Below, piece after piece: positions 8,670-18,475 of a DNA stretch of 64,000 bases (position 1 is its first letter; every line of letters starts with the position of its first letter). Under the pieces are notes generated by a model that did no database searches, was not told where the DNA came from, and saw nothing but the letters and a program-made list of their open reading frames with translations. The position numbers and the translations under genes were made by a program. The stretch is from NCBI GenBank assembly GCA_036611895.1, contig GCA_036611895.1_4766.1. The stretch is one strand, 5' to 3'. Origin of the DNA: a phage.

Positions 8670-11237
8670 TTAGTTACCTTTCAGTTTATTTAGACGATTA
8701 CGGTAGATGGACTTAAACCCAGGAATATCCTCTGGATTATTCTTAAGGTGTTTGACCAAACTACCTAAGTCCAGCGTCTGTAGAATGTCATTCTTATTCC
8801 AGTTATAACTGAATAATCCTTTGTAACCTTTCAGTATTTCAAAGTACTTATGGTTACGGGGGTTAACCATCATTGTATACGGTTCTAGGTCATCTACTGA
8901 TTTAATACAGCCCATTTCAACAAGTTTTTCTTTGTTGTTATGTGGTCGATTTCGTAGAAAGTCATATGCCCATTCATACTCTGGTTTAAAAATCAGATTC
9001 TGTAATGGTTTGAAGGTTAGGCCCAGTATGTCTAGAATTTCCCAATACTCTCTGTCATCCAGTCCTACGTATTCCAGAATACCAATACGGTGTTCAGTAA
9101 CATATTTCTTGAAGCCTTTACTGGTAATAACTGGCATCAGCTCCATAAAGCGAACATCATCAATGTGGATAGCACCACGTCGTTTAGCCTTGTTAGCTTC
9201 GATTTGATTTCGGCAGACAACTGTCTCTGCTTTCATCTCATCGGATAACTCATACCATTTCCACATGGTTCCAATTCGAGCAGTTACTGGACTACCAGTA
9301 CCAACCTGATTAGCCAGTACATAGTACTTAGGCTGTTCTACCTCAACGAAACCATATTTCTCATGGAAGCTCGGGTCAGCAAAACCTTTGTCAATGTAAG
9401 GTTTAGAATCCCAATCACCACTTTTATTCCGTACAGAAGTAGTACCAAGAACTGCATTCAATGAAATCAGAGCATTGGTTTTACCTCCTGCTTTGGTTTT
9501 ATTGGCAGCTATTGTCTTAGCACGTTTCTCAGCAGCTATCTTAGCCTGTTCTCTACGGTAGTTAGTTGGTTTGTCCCACTCATTATATTGAGTAAGGTCA
9601 ATTACCCGATAACCCATAGCAGTGAACTTAGCTACAGCCTCTTCTGCTGCACCCTTCTTAGGACCAACGACGTGAACAAAAGCTGTACGCTCCAGATCAC
9701 CTCGGTTGTATTCAGGGAAGTATGAGAAAGAGTCTGCACAATCAGATAAACGTCGGGTAACTACAACGTTCTTGGTAGTGAATATGCCGATACCCTGATG
9801 GGAGGTATGGTACATCTTAAAGTAGTCTGTAAGTTTACCTTTCACCAAGTCTACAGAATTACCCTGGTTCATTATGTAACCAGACCACTTAATACCAGAG
9901 ATTTTTAAAGCAGCAATCTGAGGTAAGTGCAGATGGCGATATACTAATTCATGGAATGGGGAGTATGTACTTTCTTTACGAGTATCCTTAAGAGCACGCA
10001 TAGCCTTACCATACAGTTTTTTAAGACCTGCATATTCAGGACGAGCTAACAATGCTTTATTGGATAGATTACGCCAATGCTTGATGTGATGCTTACGCTG
10101 CTTAGCCCACAAACTAGAGGACATATAGCGTTGAACAATTGGGTCTGTAACAGCAAGCAAGAAAGACGGATAGGTCCAGAAGCAGGTAGAGGATTTAGAA
10201 GCATATTCTTCAACCTGCTTAATAGCATCAGGAATTTTAGCCTTAATCTCTTTCTCCATACGGTCTACTAAATCTACGCATAGAGTAGTAATACCATCAT
10301 CAGTTAACTTCTGGTTAGACAGCGTTTCCCGACTAGGAGCAATAGCTAGAGTATCCGGTGCAGCCTGAACTACTAAATTGTCAGCACCAATAATATTCAT
10401 AAAGTTGAGGATAAGACCTACAGCTTCTTCACTAGCCGGGCTGGATACTATTGGGTACATTACGTTACCGTAGCGAACGTATATGTTACTACTCCCCATA
10501 TAGCCCTGATACCATTTATCAGACATATCATATGAACCAGGTTCAAATGACATACCTAACGTATCCAGTAAAGTGTAGTCGCCTTGCTGAATACTAATAC
10601 CTGTTTCTGTTTTAACGAGTTTAGTAGTACTTAGTTCAGCCTTAATCTCTCCATTGAACACAATAGACTTGATGTAATGTACAAATGTATTTACATCATG
10701 CTTACCCAGTTGGAATTTAACTTCCAGACCAGATTCCTCAGTGGGAATACCAGTAATAATAGGAACAATACCCGGTTTACCGTCATTCTCAATTGCAGCC
10801 TTAGCTACGTTATATACAGACATCTTTCCCTGGTTCCATGAAGTAACCTGGAAGCTATCTGTATAAGCGAATGGGGATTTACATCCCAGACCAAAGCCAC
10901 CAGTAACACTACTGTTGGCCTTCTTAGTAGATGCACCATAGACACCATAAATGGAACCAATGAGTTCATCCGGGATTCCGTTACCGTAGTCACGGAAGGT
11001 AATAAAGTTGTCTTTATCAATGGTAATACGAATAGGGGTATCAGTCTTACCTGCCTCAATATGAGCATCCCAACTGTTACAGATAGTCTCACGGACTACT
11101 GCCAGAGTAGGATTGTTATACAAGGAAGTACTTAATACATGGAAGAATGCCGGGTCATCAGAGATGCCAAAGGCAATTGTTTCTTTACCACCCAGTGTCG
11201 CTGAGGTAGCTACTTCATTGGTATCTGCAACTAACAT
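8670..11237 (-). CDS. rIIA: rIIA-like protein with N-terminal GHKL (histidine kinase-like) ATPase domain
   Basis: 855 aa. N-terminal ETICNSWDAH...FRDYGNGIP...GGFGLGCKS matches GHKL ATPase N, G1 and G2 boxes. Confidence 0.65.
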   Translation of the reverse strand: MLVADTNEVATSATLGGKETIAFGISDDPAFFHVLSTSLYNNPTLAVVRETICNSWDAHIEAGKTDTPIRITIDKDNFITFRDYGNGIPDELIGSIYGVYGASTKKANSSVTGGFGLGCKSPFAYTDSFQVTSWNQGKMSVYNVAKAAIENDGKPGIVPIITGIPTEESGLEVKFQLGKHDVNTFVHYIKSIVFNGEIKAELSTTKLVKTETGISIQQGDYTLLDTLGMSFEPGSYDMSDKWYQGYMGSSNIYVRYGNVMYPIVSSPASEEAVGLILNFMNIIGADNLVVQAAPDTLAIAPSRETLSNQKLTDDGITTLCVDLVDRMEKEIKAKIPDAIKQVEEYASKSSTCFWTYPSFLLAVTDPIVQRYMSSSLWAKQRKHHIKHWRNLSNKALLARPEYAGLKKLYGKAMRALKDTRKESTYSPFHELVYRHLHLPQIAALKISGIKWSGYIMNQGNSVDLVKGKLTDYFKMYHTSHQGIGIFTTKNVVVTRRLSDCADSFSYFPEYNRGDLERTAFVHVVGPKKGAAEEAVAKFTAMGYRVIDLTQYNEWDKPTNYRREQAKIAAEKRAKTIAANKTKAGGKTNALISLNAVLGTTSVRNKSGDWDSKPYIDKGFADPSFHEKYGFVEVEQPKYYVLANQVGTGSPVTARIGTMWKWYELSDEMKAETVVCRNQIEANKAKRRGAIHIDDVRFMELMPVITSKGFKKYVTEHRIGILEYVGLDDREYWEILDILGLTFKPLQNLIFKPEYEWAYDFLRNRPHNNKEKLVEMGCIKSVDDLEPYTMMVNPRNHKYFEILKGYKGLFSYNWNKNDILQTLDLGSLVKHLKNNPEDIPGFKSIYRNRLNKLKGN

Positions 11238-11264
11238 TTATTTACTCTCCAGATTAAATGTTGC

Positions 11265-11456
11265 TTACATTAGAACTTGTTTACACTTATCAAAAATAGC
11301 TTTACGAAGTTCAGCTTCTTCCCGTGGTTCATCATTAGGATGGTGACCCAGTGGACTGTTTTGAAAAGCATTCATTAGGAATAAGACCTGATACTCGGTT
11401 AAACCATTAATCTGAATGCTATACGTTTTCTCTGAGGCGATATTTACATTAGCCAT
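11265..11456 (-). CDS. hypothetical small protein (start adjusted to internal ATG)
   Basis: ORF track 11265..11528 overlaps upstream gene; internal ATG near 11456 removes most overlap. Confidence 0.3.
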   Translation of the reverse strand: MANVNIASEKTYSIQINGLTEYQVLFLMNAFQNSPLGHHPNDEPREEAELRKAIFDKCKQVLM

Positions 11457-11778
11457 TGCGTTTACCTGCCATTGCTTGAAGGACAAATACAGCCAGATCT
11501 GCTGCTTGGTCATCACTAACTGGATCATTACCGTGCCCTAATTGAATGTGACCTTCATCATCCCATTCATCAAGCATACGCTGTACTTCGGACAAACCGG
11601 CTTGAATCATTTCCTTGCTTGGTTCTAACCATAACTTACGTTCCTCTGCCAGTGCAGCAATGCACATACATAGAGAAGCGATGTTAGCTGGACAAGCAGC
11701 AATATCACCAGTTACTGCAATCTCACTAAGTGGGACAGCTTTACCGGTTTTACTATGAATTACTTCGGGGTTAATCAT
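11449..11778 (-). CDS. hypothetical protein (start adjusted to internal ATG with ATGATTAA stop-start overlap)
   Basis: ORF track 11449..11826; internal Met begins MINPEV and overlaps stop of upstream ORF. Confidence 0.4.
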   Translation of the reverse strand: MINPEVIHSKTGKAVPLSEIAVTGDIAACPANIASLCMCIAALAEERKLWLEPSKEMIQAGLSEVQRMLDEWDDEGHIQLGHGNDPVSDDQAADLAVFVLQAMAGKRNG

Positions 11779-11983
11779 GAATTTGCTCCAGGTTATGGGC
11801 AGGAATAGGGAAGCATGGATAGTCACCGGTAGGGTCCAGTGTTACTGACACATGCAGTGTATTGGTCATTTGGGTTAACATTTGAGCAGCATTGAAATCA
11901 TCCTGGATACAGGCATATACAATGTCACCCTTCTCACCCTCACACATTACAGGTGTGTCTTTGATACGGTATTTAGCAGGCAT
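11771..11983 (-). CDS. hypothetical protein (70 aa)
   Basis: ORF track; coupled to downstream gene. Confidence 0.4.
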   Translation of the reverse strand: MPAKYRIKDTPVMCEGEKGDIVYACIQDDFNAAQMLTQMTNTLHVSVTLDPTGDYPCFPIPAHNLEQIHD

Positions 11984-11992
11984 ATTGTTTCC

Positions 11993-12247
11993 TTATTTTT
12001 TACTGATAATGGGGTTTTTGTAATTCCAGGCTCTACTAAGTTTTTCCAACTTAAATCCTGCATACCCTGCTTCTTTAGACAGGATTTCTTCCGCAGTGTC
12101 TATTGCGTTAATTTTGCATAAACGCCCATCTATACAGATATTTTTAAAACTGCCTGTGGATTCTCTGTATATTCCATTGGAATCTTTCTCCAACATAGTT
12201 GCATACCAACTTGCCATAAGTCCTCCTGGGACAGTAATTGAAACCAA
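11993..12247 (-). CDS. hypothetical protein (84 aa)
   Basis: ORF track; preceded by hairpin terminator of upstream gene. Confidence 0.4.
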   Translation of the reverse strand: MVSITVPGGLMASWYATMLEKDSNGIYRESTGSFKNICIDGRLCKINAIDTAEEILSKEAGYAGFKLEKLSRAWNYKNPIISKK

Positions 12248-12276
12248 AAAAAGACCTCCCGGAGGAGGTCTTAGGT

Positions 12277-12513
12277 TTACTTACTATTTTCTTCAATGAA
12301 GCGTCTCATACGTTCTTTTGCTTCATCATGCTCTTTAATAGCTACATAGTCTCGTGCATAGTAATATGCACACCATAAGCCAATATCACATGCAGAGAAG
12401 CGAGCCGCTACGAAGAACATCTCTTCCAGGCTCTGAGCATTGTGTAATGAAAATACAAATTCCAGAACCAGGATGATACTTACAATCATTGCTTGGATAG
12501 CTAGTTTTTTCAT
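12277..12513 (-). CDS. small membrane protein (78 aa)
   Basis: Hydrophobic segment LAIQAMIVSIILVLEFVFSL; 4-nt overlap with ThyX-like gene. Confidence 0.45.
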   Translation of the reverse strand: MKKLAIQAMIVSIILVLEFVFSLHNAQSLEEMFFVAARFSACDIGLWCAYYYARDYVAIKEHDEAKERMRRFIEENSK

Positions 12514-13454
12514 TCAGTAATAGTCTCACCTGGGATTAGCTTACGGAATTGGATAAAGTGAAGCAGGTTACCTGAGTACAGATTCCCCTCTTTATCCATG
12601 GAGGTAACACCTTGTTCCCAGGTAACTGGGTTCATATTATTCACGTACTTCTCACCAAGGTTCATAGGGGTAGCCTGATGTTCTGTTGGGGAAGCATGAA
12701 TAGGTTGGTTTTCCACTAATTTAGCAAATAAGCCAAGGTCTTCTTCGATAGTAGAAGGTCGTCCTTCAAAATTGTTATAGGAAGCACGAGCACAACGTGC
12801 AGCACTTACTTTAAGAAGTAGTCCATGCACTTCTGCATCACTTGGTTCATCGCGTGTAATTCGATTACGTTTGCAGAAATTGTAAGCCCCAACACGGTCA
12901 ATATGAGCAATGTACGGCATATGCCATTGTCCATATGGTAATGCTCTTGGTGTACTTTCTTCATGTGCCTTACGCATTGCTTGAGCCAGTTCACGAATTT
13001 CTGGTTGAGCATCTTTGTGGTCACGCAATCCATAGAAATTAGCCCAGCTTGTTGAAGTTACCACTACACGAATATGTGTGAATGGTTCCAGAATACGGTT
13101 AACAATCTGCTTATGTACTTGCCCACGACGTAGCTGTTCAGCATACACAGCAGCAGCAGATGCAGCGTTATCCCAGATAAATTTGGCATCCTCAATCTCC
13201 ATAGGAGTGAGTTCTTCCTCTGCCTGCATACCTTTCTGGTTCTTGCCCCAGTGACTTGGCATCACTGGTTCATTACGAACCTGTTCGATGAACTTAGAGG
13301 TAGGAATAGCACGACTGCTTGAAGCATTGCGGTTAAATACACGGTGGGTCATAAACTCACTGTGAATGAATCGGGGATAAACCAATTCAAAGGTTGTGAT
13401 ACGAGTTCCTGTTTCTGGATGAACGGAATCTGCAATTACTGATGCCTTAATCAT
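12510..13454 (-). CDS. ThyX-like flavin-dependent thymidylate synthase family protein (diverged signature)
   Basis: 314 aa. EFMTHRVFNRNASSSRA resembles ThyX RHR...S.RY motif but reads THR/SRA; downstream YGLRDHKDAQPEIRE resembles ThyX HAQ.EIR region. Confidence 0.5.
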   Translation of the reverse strand: MIKASVIADSVHPETGTRITTFELVYPRFIHSEFMTHRVFNRNASSSRAIPTSKFIEQVRNEPVMPSHWGKNQKGMQAEEELTPMEIEDAKFIWDNAASAAAVYAEQLRRGQVHKQIVNRILEPFTHIRVVVTSTSWANFYGLRDHKDAQPEIRELAQAMRKAHEESTPRALPYGQWHMPYIAHIDRVGAYNFCKRNRITRDEPSDAEVHGLLLKVSAARCARASYNNFEGRPSTIEEDLGLFAKLVENQPIHASPTEHQATPMNLGEKYVNNMNPVTWEQGVTSMDKEGNLYSGNLLHFIQFRKLIPGETITE

Positions 13455-13897
13455 TAGAATGACCTTAGATAGTTGGTGATACCACTTCTCGTCTCTGTGA
13501 TTCTCTTAACCTGAACATATACCAGCTTAAACTCACTACGAGGTAGTTCTTGTAATACTGCTACACCTTCAGTAAGAGCCACAGAACACGCTACAGCGGT
13601 TTCTTCTTTAAAGGAGTACAAGTCTTCATACATGAGGGCTTCATACTCTTTACGTAGCATACAGAGAGCATTTCTTGCCTTATCACTTACTTCTCGTGAA
13701 CCAGCAGACATAGCTAAGCTGTATATGATAAAGACTTGTTCAAAAACAAAGTCCAGTAATCTATCAGGATTGTTAGTCCCCATGAATAATTTTGTTATGT
13801 AGGAACGAGCTTTACGGTTGAGTTCATACTCATCCTCTATGCCTTTATTATACAGAACAGGATTTCGTTCCCTTTTTCTTAAGAATGGGATACGCAT
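13454..13897 (-). CDS. hypothetical protein (147 aa)
   Basis: ORF track; 1-nt overlaps with both neighbours. Confidence 0.5.
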   Translation of the reverse strand: MRIPFLRKRERNPVLYNKGIEDEYELNRKARSYITKLFMGTNNPDRLLDFVFEQVFIIYSLAMSAGSREVSDKARNALCMLRKEYEALMYEDLYSFKEETAVACSVALTEGVAVLQELPRSEFKLVYVQVKRITETRSGITNYLRSF

Positions 13898-14277
13898 TAG
13901 TATTTACTACCTCTTCTATACCAGGGGTAGTGATGGGTAGTACTTTTGCCTTTGAACACGTCCTTAGTACGGGGGTTCTTTTGTATTTGAGCCAGATAAA
14001 GTTGTGTGTCATCCCCACATGGATTAAGCCAGAACTTATCTATGATTCGGTCTACCTTAGATTTCAGATGAGGTTCTGGGGGAATATATGAAGGAAAAGG
14101 TCTGCTAGTAGTCCATCCTTTTTGAACAAGAACCTGCATTGTTGTGTAAAGATCTAATACATTTTCATTCTCCACTTGGTCATGGATAGTTTTACCCAAA
14201 GTGAGCATTGCAGTTTGTTCTAGCTTACTTAAGTCCAGCCCATACAAGATAGACTTACCATTTCGTCTGTTTGACAT
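13897..14277 (-). CDS. hypothetical protein (126 aa)
   Basis: ORF track. Confidence 0.5.
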   Translation of the reverse strand: MSNRRNGKSILYGLDLSKLEQTAMLTLGKTIHDQVENENVLDLYTTMQVLVQKGWTTSRPFPSYIPPEPHLKSKVDRIIDKFWLNPCGDDTQLYLAQIQKNPRTKDVFKGKSTTHHYPWYRRGSKY

Positions 14278-14394
14278 AAGAGTACCTATAATTAAAAAAG
14301 CCCACGGGTTAGGTGGGCTTGGGTTAGGAGATGGATAAGCAATGAGCTGGAAGCAACTTCCACAAGCACCACTATATAATGATGCTTAGGTTAG

Positions 14395-14673
14395 TTACTC
14401 TGCTTTACTGCCACCATTGGTTTGAACAACAGTTACATTTGTAACCTGGTTCTGACCTTTGTTGGACAGTGCCCAAATCAGTGCTACTACCCAGAATACC
14501 AGTGACCAGCCTAATACGATATTAAGCACACCAATGCCCCACTTAGAGGCATGGCCTCGTGCAAAAGCAATGATAGTAGGGATAAGGTATACAGCTAATA
14601 CAAATAACAGAACAAGGATTGCTGCTAAAGATTCCATGATGGTTCCTATGTGGGGTTGAGTTAGTTTCTTCAC
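14395..14673 (-). CDS. superinfection immunity (Imm-like) inner-membrane protein
   Basis: 92 aa, two TM helices; YLIPTIIAFARGH...NIVLGWSLVFWVVALIWAL matches the motif of the superinfection immunity protein family as I recall it. Confidence 0.55.
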   Translation of the reverse strand: MKKLTQPHIGTIMESLAAILVLLFVLAVYLIPTIIAFARGHASKWGIGVLNIVLGWSLVFWVVALIWALSNKGQNQVTNVTVVQTNGGSKAE

Positions 14674-14710
14674 AAATAGCCCAACAGTGCTGGGCTATTT
14701 AGGCAGCTAC

Positions 14711-14920
14711 TTACTCAGCATCTTTGCTTGCAGGAGCAAGGGCTTTCTTCAGGTAATTACGTACTGAACGATAGGTTTCTTTGGTATCCAAAGTACCATC
14801 ATTTACAAACGAAATACGCGCGCAATCAGACTGCGGAATCTGTTGCACTGCAATCACATTTGCAGCATTAATGGTTAAACGTACATCTGAGGTTGCATGG
14901 GTTACTTGAAATACTGACAT
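14711..14920 (-). CDS. hypothetical protein (69 aa)
   Basis: ORF track. Confidence 0.35.
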   Translation of the reverse strand: MSVFQVTHATSDVRLTINAANVIAVQQIPQSDCARISFVNDGTLDTKETYRSVRNYLKKALAPASKDAE

Positions 14921-14929
14921 GAGTTTTCC

Positions 14930-15436
14930 TTATTTGCTGCTTCTTGCAGCTACTGGTTTGTTTTCCTGGTTCTGATACTTACCATTGTAATTAGCAGGTT
15001 CTTGAACCAGATGAAATAATACTTGAGCTATCCCAGCACCAGCCGGGATATGCAATTTCTTACGACCATGATAGACCAATTCAAGGGTGAGATACCCTTT
15101 CCATCCTGGTTCTATTACGGTATTGAACACTGATAATGCACGTCTTGCCCATGTAGACTTATCGTGAACTATAGCTACGCAGGACGGGGACATGTTGAAC
15201 TTCTCAATTGCTGAAGCCAATGTGAATTTACCGAAATGGCGTGATACTTGATTTCCATCAACAACCTTCACCATTGGAATCAATCCAAATAAGCGATAGA
15301 AGGTAATATCTTGTTTGATACGAATATCATAACCAGCTTCACCCAATCCATAGCTTACACCGTGTTCAGATATCTTACGGTCTGGGACATCCAGCAACTG
15401 GGATGAACGATATAGAGAATTACCATTAACAACCAT
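14930..15436 (-). CDS. dcd: dCTP deaminase / dUTPase-fold enzyme
   Basis: 168 aa. GLGEAGYDIR, AIVHDKSTWARRALSVFNTVIEPGWKGYLTLEL and IPAGAGIAQ resemble dCTP deaminase/dUTPase motifs. Confidence 0.7.
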   Translation of the reverse strand: MVVNGNSLYRSSQLLDVPDRKISEHGVSYGLGEAGYDIRIKQDITFYRLFGLIPMVKVVDGNQVSRHFGKFTLASAIEKFNMSPSCVAIVHDKSTWARRALSVFNTVIEPGWKGYLTLELVYHGRKKLHIPAGAGIAQVLFHLVQEPANYNGKYQNQENKPVAARSSK

Positions 15437-16611
15437 TATTTCATTCCTTTAGGGATATGAACTACCTCCCCAAAAGGTACGGTAGCATTGGGATTATTCA
15501 GAACACACCAGATGATTGGAATATCAAATGGCAATTCTTCCATTGGACGAACATACATATCGGAGAATATGATTGCAGCGGTTGGCTTATTCTTAATAAT
15601 CCAATCTCGTACAGGCACAAGGCTTGTACCACCACGACCTGTAATCTTAATCTCTTCAAAAGTATCTTCTTCAGTGATGTCTATCTCTTCTTGAATAATA
15701 TCGTCGAAAGTAATTAAGGACATCTTCTTAGGGTTGAACTGGCTTTTAACGTAGGCAACCTCTGAGTTAAAACGCAGAGAGTCAGCACTACTAATAGAAC
15801 CAGATACATCCTCAAAGTAGGCTAAGTGACGTAGGCGTCCTTCATCATCTTCCAGGGAAGGTAGATAAATATCAGTGTAACGACGGTTAGGTCTGGCCCA
15901 CGTATAGTGTGTGTCATCAATGTCGGTAAAGAAGTTCATGAGAACTTCCTGCCAAGGAACCACTGGTTTAAGGAATTGGGTAATGACCTCTTCCATACGA
16001 CCAGCACCCTTACCGGGCATCTGTCCACCAGCCATCTTCTGGCTCTGCATTGCACGTACTACGTTGTTGACTACAGCACCCTGGGACTGTCCCGAAGTGG
16101 GGGATTTCATGTCGCCAGCAAGACCTGCTCCAGCACCCCCTGACGGCTTCTGCCTTTTCTGAGGGTTCTTCATCAGGTCATCGTAGATGTCTTCTTCGAC
16201 CCATCCTTTATATTGCGGGTCTTTGCAAATGCCTTCATCAATGCCAGTGAACTTGTAGCCATCTTCTTCTAACTGAAGGTTAATGAAGTGGTCACAAGCC
16301 TGGTTCCATACTTCTGGGTCACGGCTTCCACGACGGATGTCATGTAGATATGCTACATGCCATAGTTCATGCATTAATACTGTTTCTCTTGCATCTGGAC
16401 ACATCCAGATAAAGAAATCAGGATTGAAATGGAGTTCTATCCCATCAGTACATGCAGTGGGACAATCCTCACGTTTCCATGAGAATTTAAGACTACACAG
16501 TAATGAACCAAAGAACGCAGCAGACTTGCCCAGAAAGGCTTGGGCCTGAATACGGTCATACTCACGCATGAGTTGTTCATCACTAAGTGTGTGCTGAGGA
16601 AATTGGTTCAT
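15436..16611 (-). CDS. vWA-like domain protein with HExxH metallopeptidase-like motif (partner of AAA+ ATPase)
   Basis: 391 aa. HELWH motif in N-terminal half; C-terminal vWA-like segment; 8-nt from upstream AAA+ gene. Confidence 0.55.
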   Translation of the reverse strand: MNQFPQHTLSDEQLMREYDRIQAQAFLGKSAAFFGSLLCSLKFSWKREDCPTACTDGIELHFNPDFFIWMCPDARETVLMHELWHVAYLHDIRRGSRDPEVWNQACDHFINLQLEEDGYKFTGIDEGICKDPQYKGWVEEDIYDDLMKNPQKRQKPSGGAGAGLAGDMKSPTSGQSQGAVVNNVVRAMQSQKMAGGQMPGKGAGRMEEVITQFLKPVVPWQEVLMNFFTDIDDTHYTWARPNRRYTDIYLPSLEDDEGRLRHLAYFEDVSGSISSADSLRFNSEVAYVKSQFNPKKMSLITFDDIIQEEIDITEEDTFEEIKITGRGGTSLVPVRDWIIKNKPTAAIIFSDMYVRPMEELPFDIPIIWCVLNNPNATVPFGEVVHIPKGMK

Positions 16612-16618
16612 GTTGTGA

Positions 16619-17671
16619 TTATCCGTGAATGTAACGAGAGATGTTAGCAGCAGCCTTACGCCATTCAGGGGTAGCCTGAAGTTCTGGTAATGCTCTGCCT
16701 ACTGTACGGAAGTACAGAATCTTATGGGTGAACGTTTTAAAGCGTTCAATGTACTGAAGAACTTCAGCGAAATTCTCTTCAGTAGTTTTGTTAGCCAGAT
16801 GGTTAACGGTAGCCCAGCACAGGTTGTTATCTTCCGGTAATGCACAGCCCAGTGGGTCTTTGACTACCTTCTCAATCGTAATGATACGATTATATACCTG
16901 AGTAAACTGAACAAATTCTGTAGCTTTACCGGCAGTAACGTGTCCTGCATAGTAGATAGAATCTTCATCAGGCAGAGCACCTTCTGGTAGGTTCTTGAGG
17001 TCTTTATTAACAAAGTCCCAGGTACGTGGACAACAGAAAGTTTTGTTCTTATGTGCTGGGTCGAAGTCATGCAGGTAACCAGGGTTAGCATGTAAGAATG
17101 CAACCAGACGTTCATCCCATTGTTGGGGAATCATTACATCTTCAACAAAGATGTCGAAGTTAAGTTCCATCTCAAAGTGAACCACACGAGACTGCATTGC
17201 AGTACCCAGAGGATTAACAATGGCACGGTCAGTAGCTTTGTTACCAGCACAGACAATCATCACATTAGGATGAAGTTTTTTCTGACCAGTCATACGGTCT
17301 AGAATTAGTTTGTATGCAGCAGCTACCACTTCTTTCTTAGCTGAGTTGAACTCATCAAGGAACAGGAGCCAGCCATTATAACCTTCGGGTACTTCGTCTC
17401 CCTCAATGGGAAATAAGTCAGCGAATGGTATAAACTCTGCACGGTCACCATTACGGAATGGCAAACCAGACAGGTCTTCCGGGGCAGAAGTAGACAGACG
17501 ATGGTCTATCAGTTTCATACCAAATTCTTCTGCAATAGAACGAATGATTGCAGATTTACCCATGCCTGGTGATGAAGTTAGGAATGGTACGTTACCTGCT
17601 TTCAAAGCACGGATAATAAAGTTACGAGCTTGACGTGAATTACATACGGTCAAGGAGTCAATGCTTGCCAT
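16619..17671 (-). CDS. AAA+ ATPase (MoxR-like)
   Basis: 350 aa. Walker A SPGMGKS, Walker B LLFLDEFN. Confidence 0.8.
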   Translation of the reverse strand: MASIDSLTVCNSRQARNFIIRALKAGNVPFLTSSPGMGKSAIIRSIAEEFGMKLIDHRLSTSAPEDLSGLPFRNGDRAEFIPFADLFPIEGDEVPEGYNGWLLFLDEFNSAKKEVVAAAYKLILDRMTGQKKLHPNVMIVCAGNKATDRAIVNPLGTAMQSRVVHFEMELNFDIFVEDVMIPQQWDERLVAFLHANPGYLHDFDPAHKNKTFCCPRTWDFVNKDLKNLPEGALPDEDSIYYAGHVTAGKATEFVQFTQVYNRIITIEKVVKDPLGCALPEDNNLCWATVNHLANKTTEENFAEVLQYIERFKTFTHKILYFRTVGRALPELQATPEWRKAAANISRYIHG

Positions 17672-17705
17672 TTACTTACTCTCCTAAAGCTAATGGAATT
17701 ACTAA

Positions 17706-18032
17706 TTAAGATTTAATACATGGGTATGCTGTATCAATCGCCAACAGAACCATGTCTGATGGCACTTTTATTGCATTAACCTTTCGGTCATACAGAATAA
17801 TAGTGGCTACCTTGTCAAAGACATTTCCTAACTTCAAATGCTCTGGTACGCAGTTTTTTCCTGCTTCTACGCCCATAGTAACCATGCCCATGAAATAACC
17901 CTGGTTCACAAAGTTTGCATTATTGGCTTTGTAGTCGGCAGCAGCATCCAACAAGGTTTCACGGCTAGATGCTTGGGCATTGAATGACAGAACAGATAAA
18001 GCTACTACAGCAACAGCAATTAAAGTTTTCAT
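17706..18032 (-). CDS. secreted (signal-peptide) protein
   Basis: 108 aa. N-terminus MKTLIAVAVVALSVLSFNAQA has n/h/c signal-peptide organisation with AQA-S cleavage-like site. Confidence 0.5.
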   Translation of the reverse strand: MKTLIAVAVVALSVLSFNAQASSRETLLDAAADYKANNANFVNQGYFMGMVTMGVEAGKNCVPEHLKLGNVFDKVATIILYDRKVNAIKVPSDMVLLAIDTAYPCIKS

Positions 18033-18218
18033 TTAGTTACCTTTTAATTGGTTTAGTTGAAGTACACCGATAGGGGTTAATGACCACCCAAGACCAGCAT
18101 TGAACTGTACTAAGCCCAGCTTCTTAAGAGACTGTGCGGTTTTGTTATTACGGTTGCTGGTGGCAGAACCACCTTGAACCATACGAAGGAATATTGCTTG
18201 GGACTGGGTTAATTTCAC
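18033..18218 (-). CDS. hypothetical protein (61 aa)
   Basis: ORF track; abuts neighbours. Confidence 0.35.
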   Translation of the reverse strand: MKLTQSQAIFLRMVQGGSATSNRNNKTAQSLKKLGLVQFNAGLGWSLTPIGVLQLNQLKGN

Positions 18219-18475
18219 TCATCTTCTCCTTCATCTGGGAGTGGTGATAAATCTACACCTAAATGCTCAAAGCGTTTTTCTAAGACAGCAATCCTCTTTT
18301 GATAAAATGACAGCAGTTCAGGAAGTATTCTTGTACGAGCTTGTGGTCCTAAATCCGTACCATTGAATGATACTTTCACCATATGTGGTGACTTCTTCAA
18401 ACTAGCTAATTGCTGTCGGTTGTCGTTGTATTCTTCATACAGTTTTTCAACCAAACGTAGATTATGAATATTCAT
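18215..18475 (-). CDS. hypothetical protein (86 aa)
   Basis: ORF track; 4-nt overlaps both sides. Confidence 0.4.
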   Translation of the reverse strand: MNIHNLRLVEKLYEEYNDNRQQLASLKKSPHMVKVSFNGTDLGPQARTRILPELLSFYQKRIAVLEKRFEHLGVDLSPLPDEGEDE

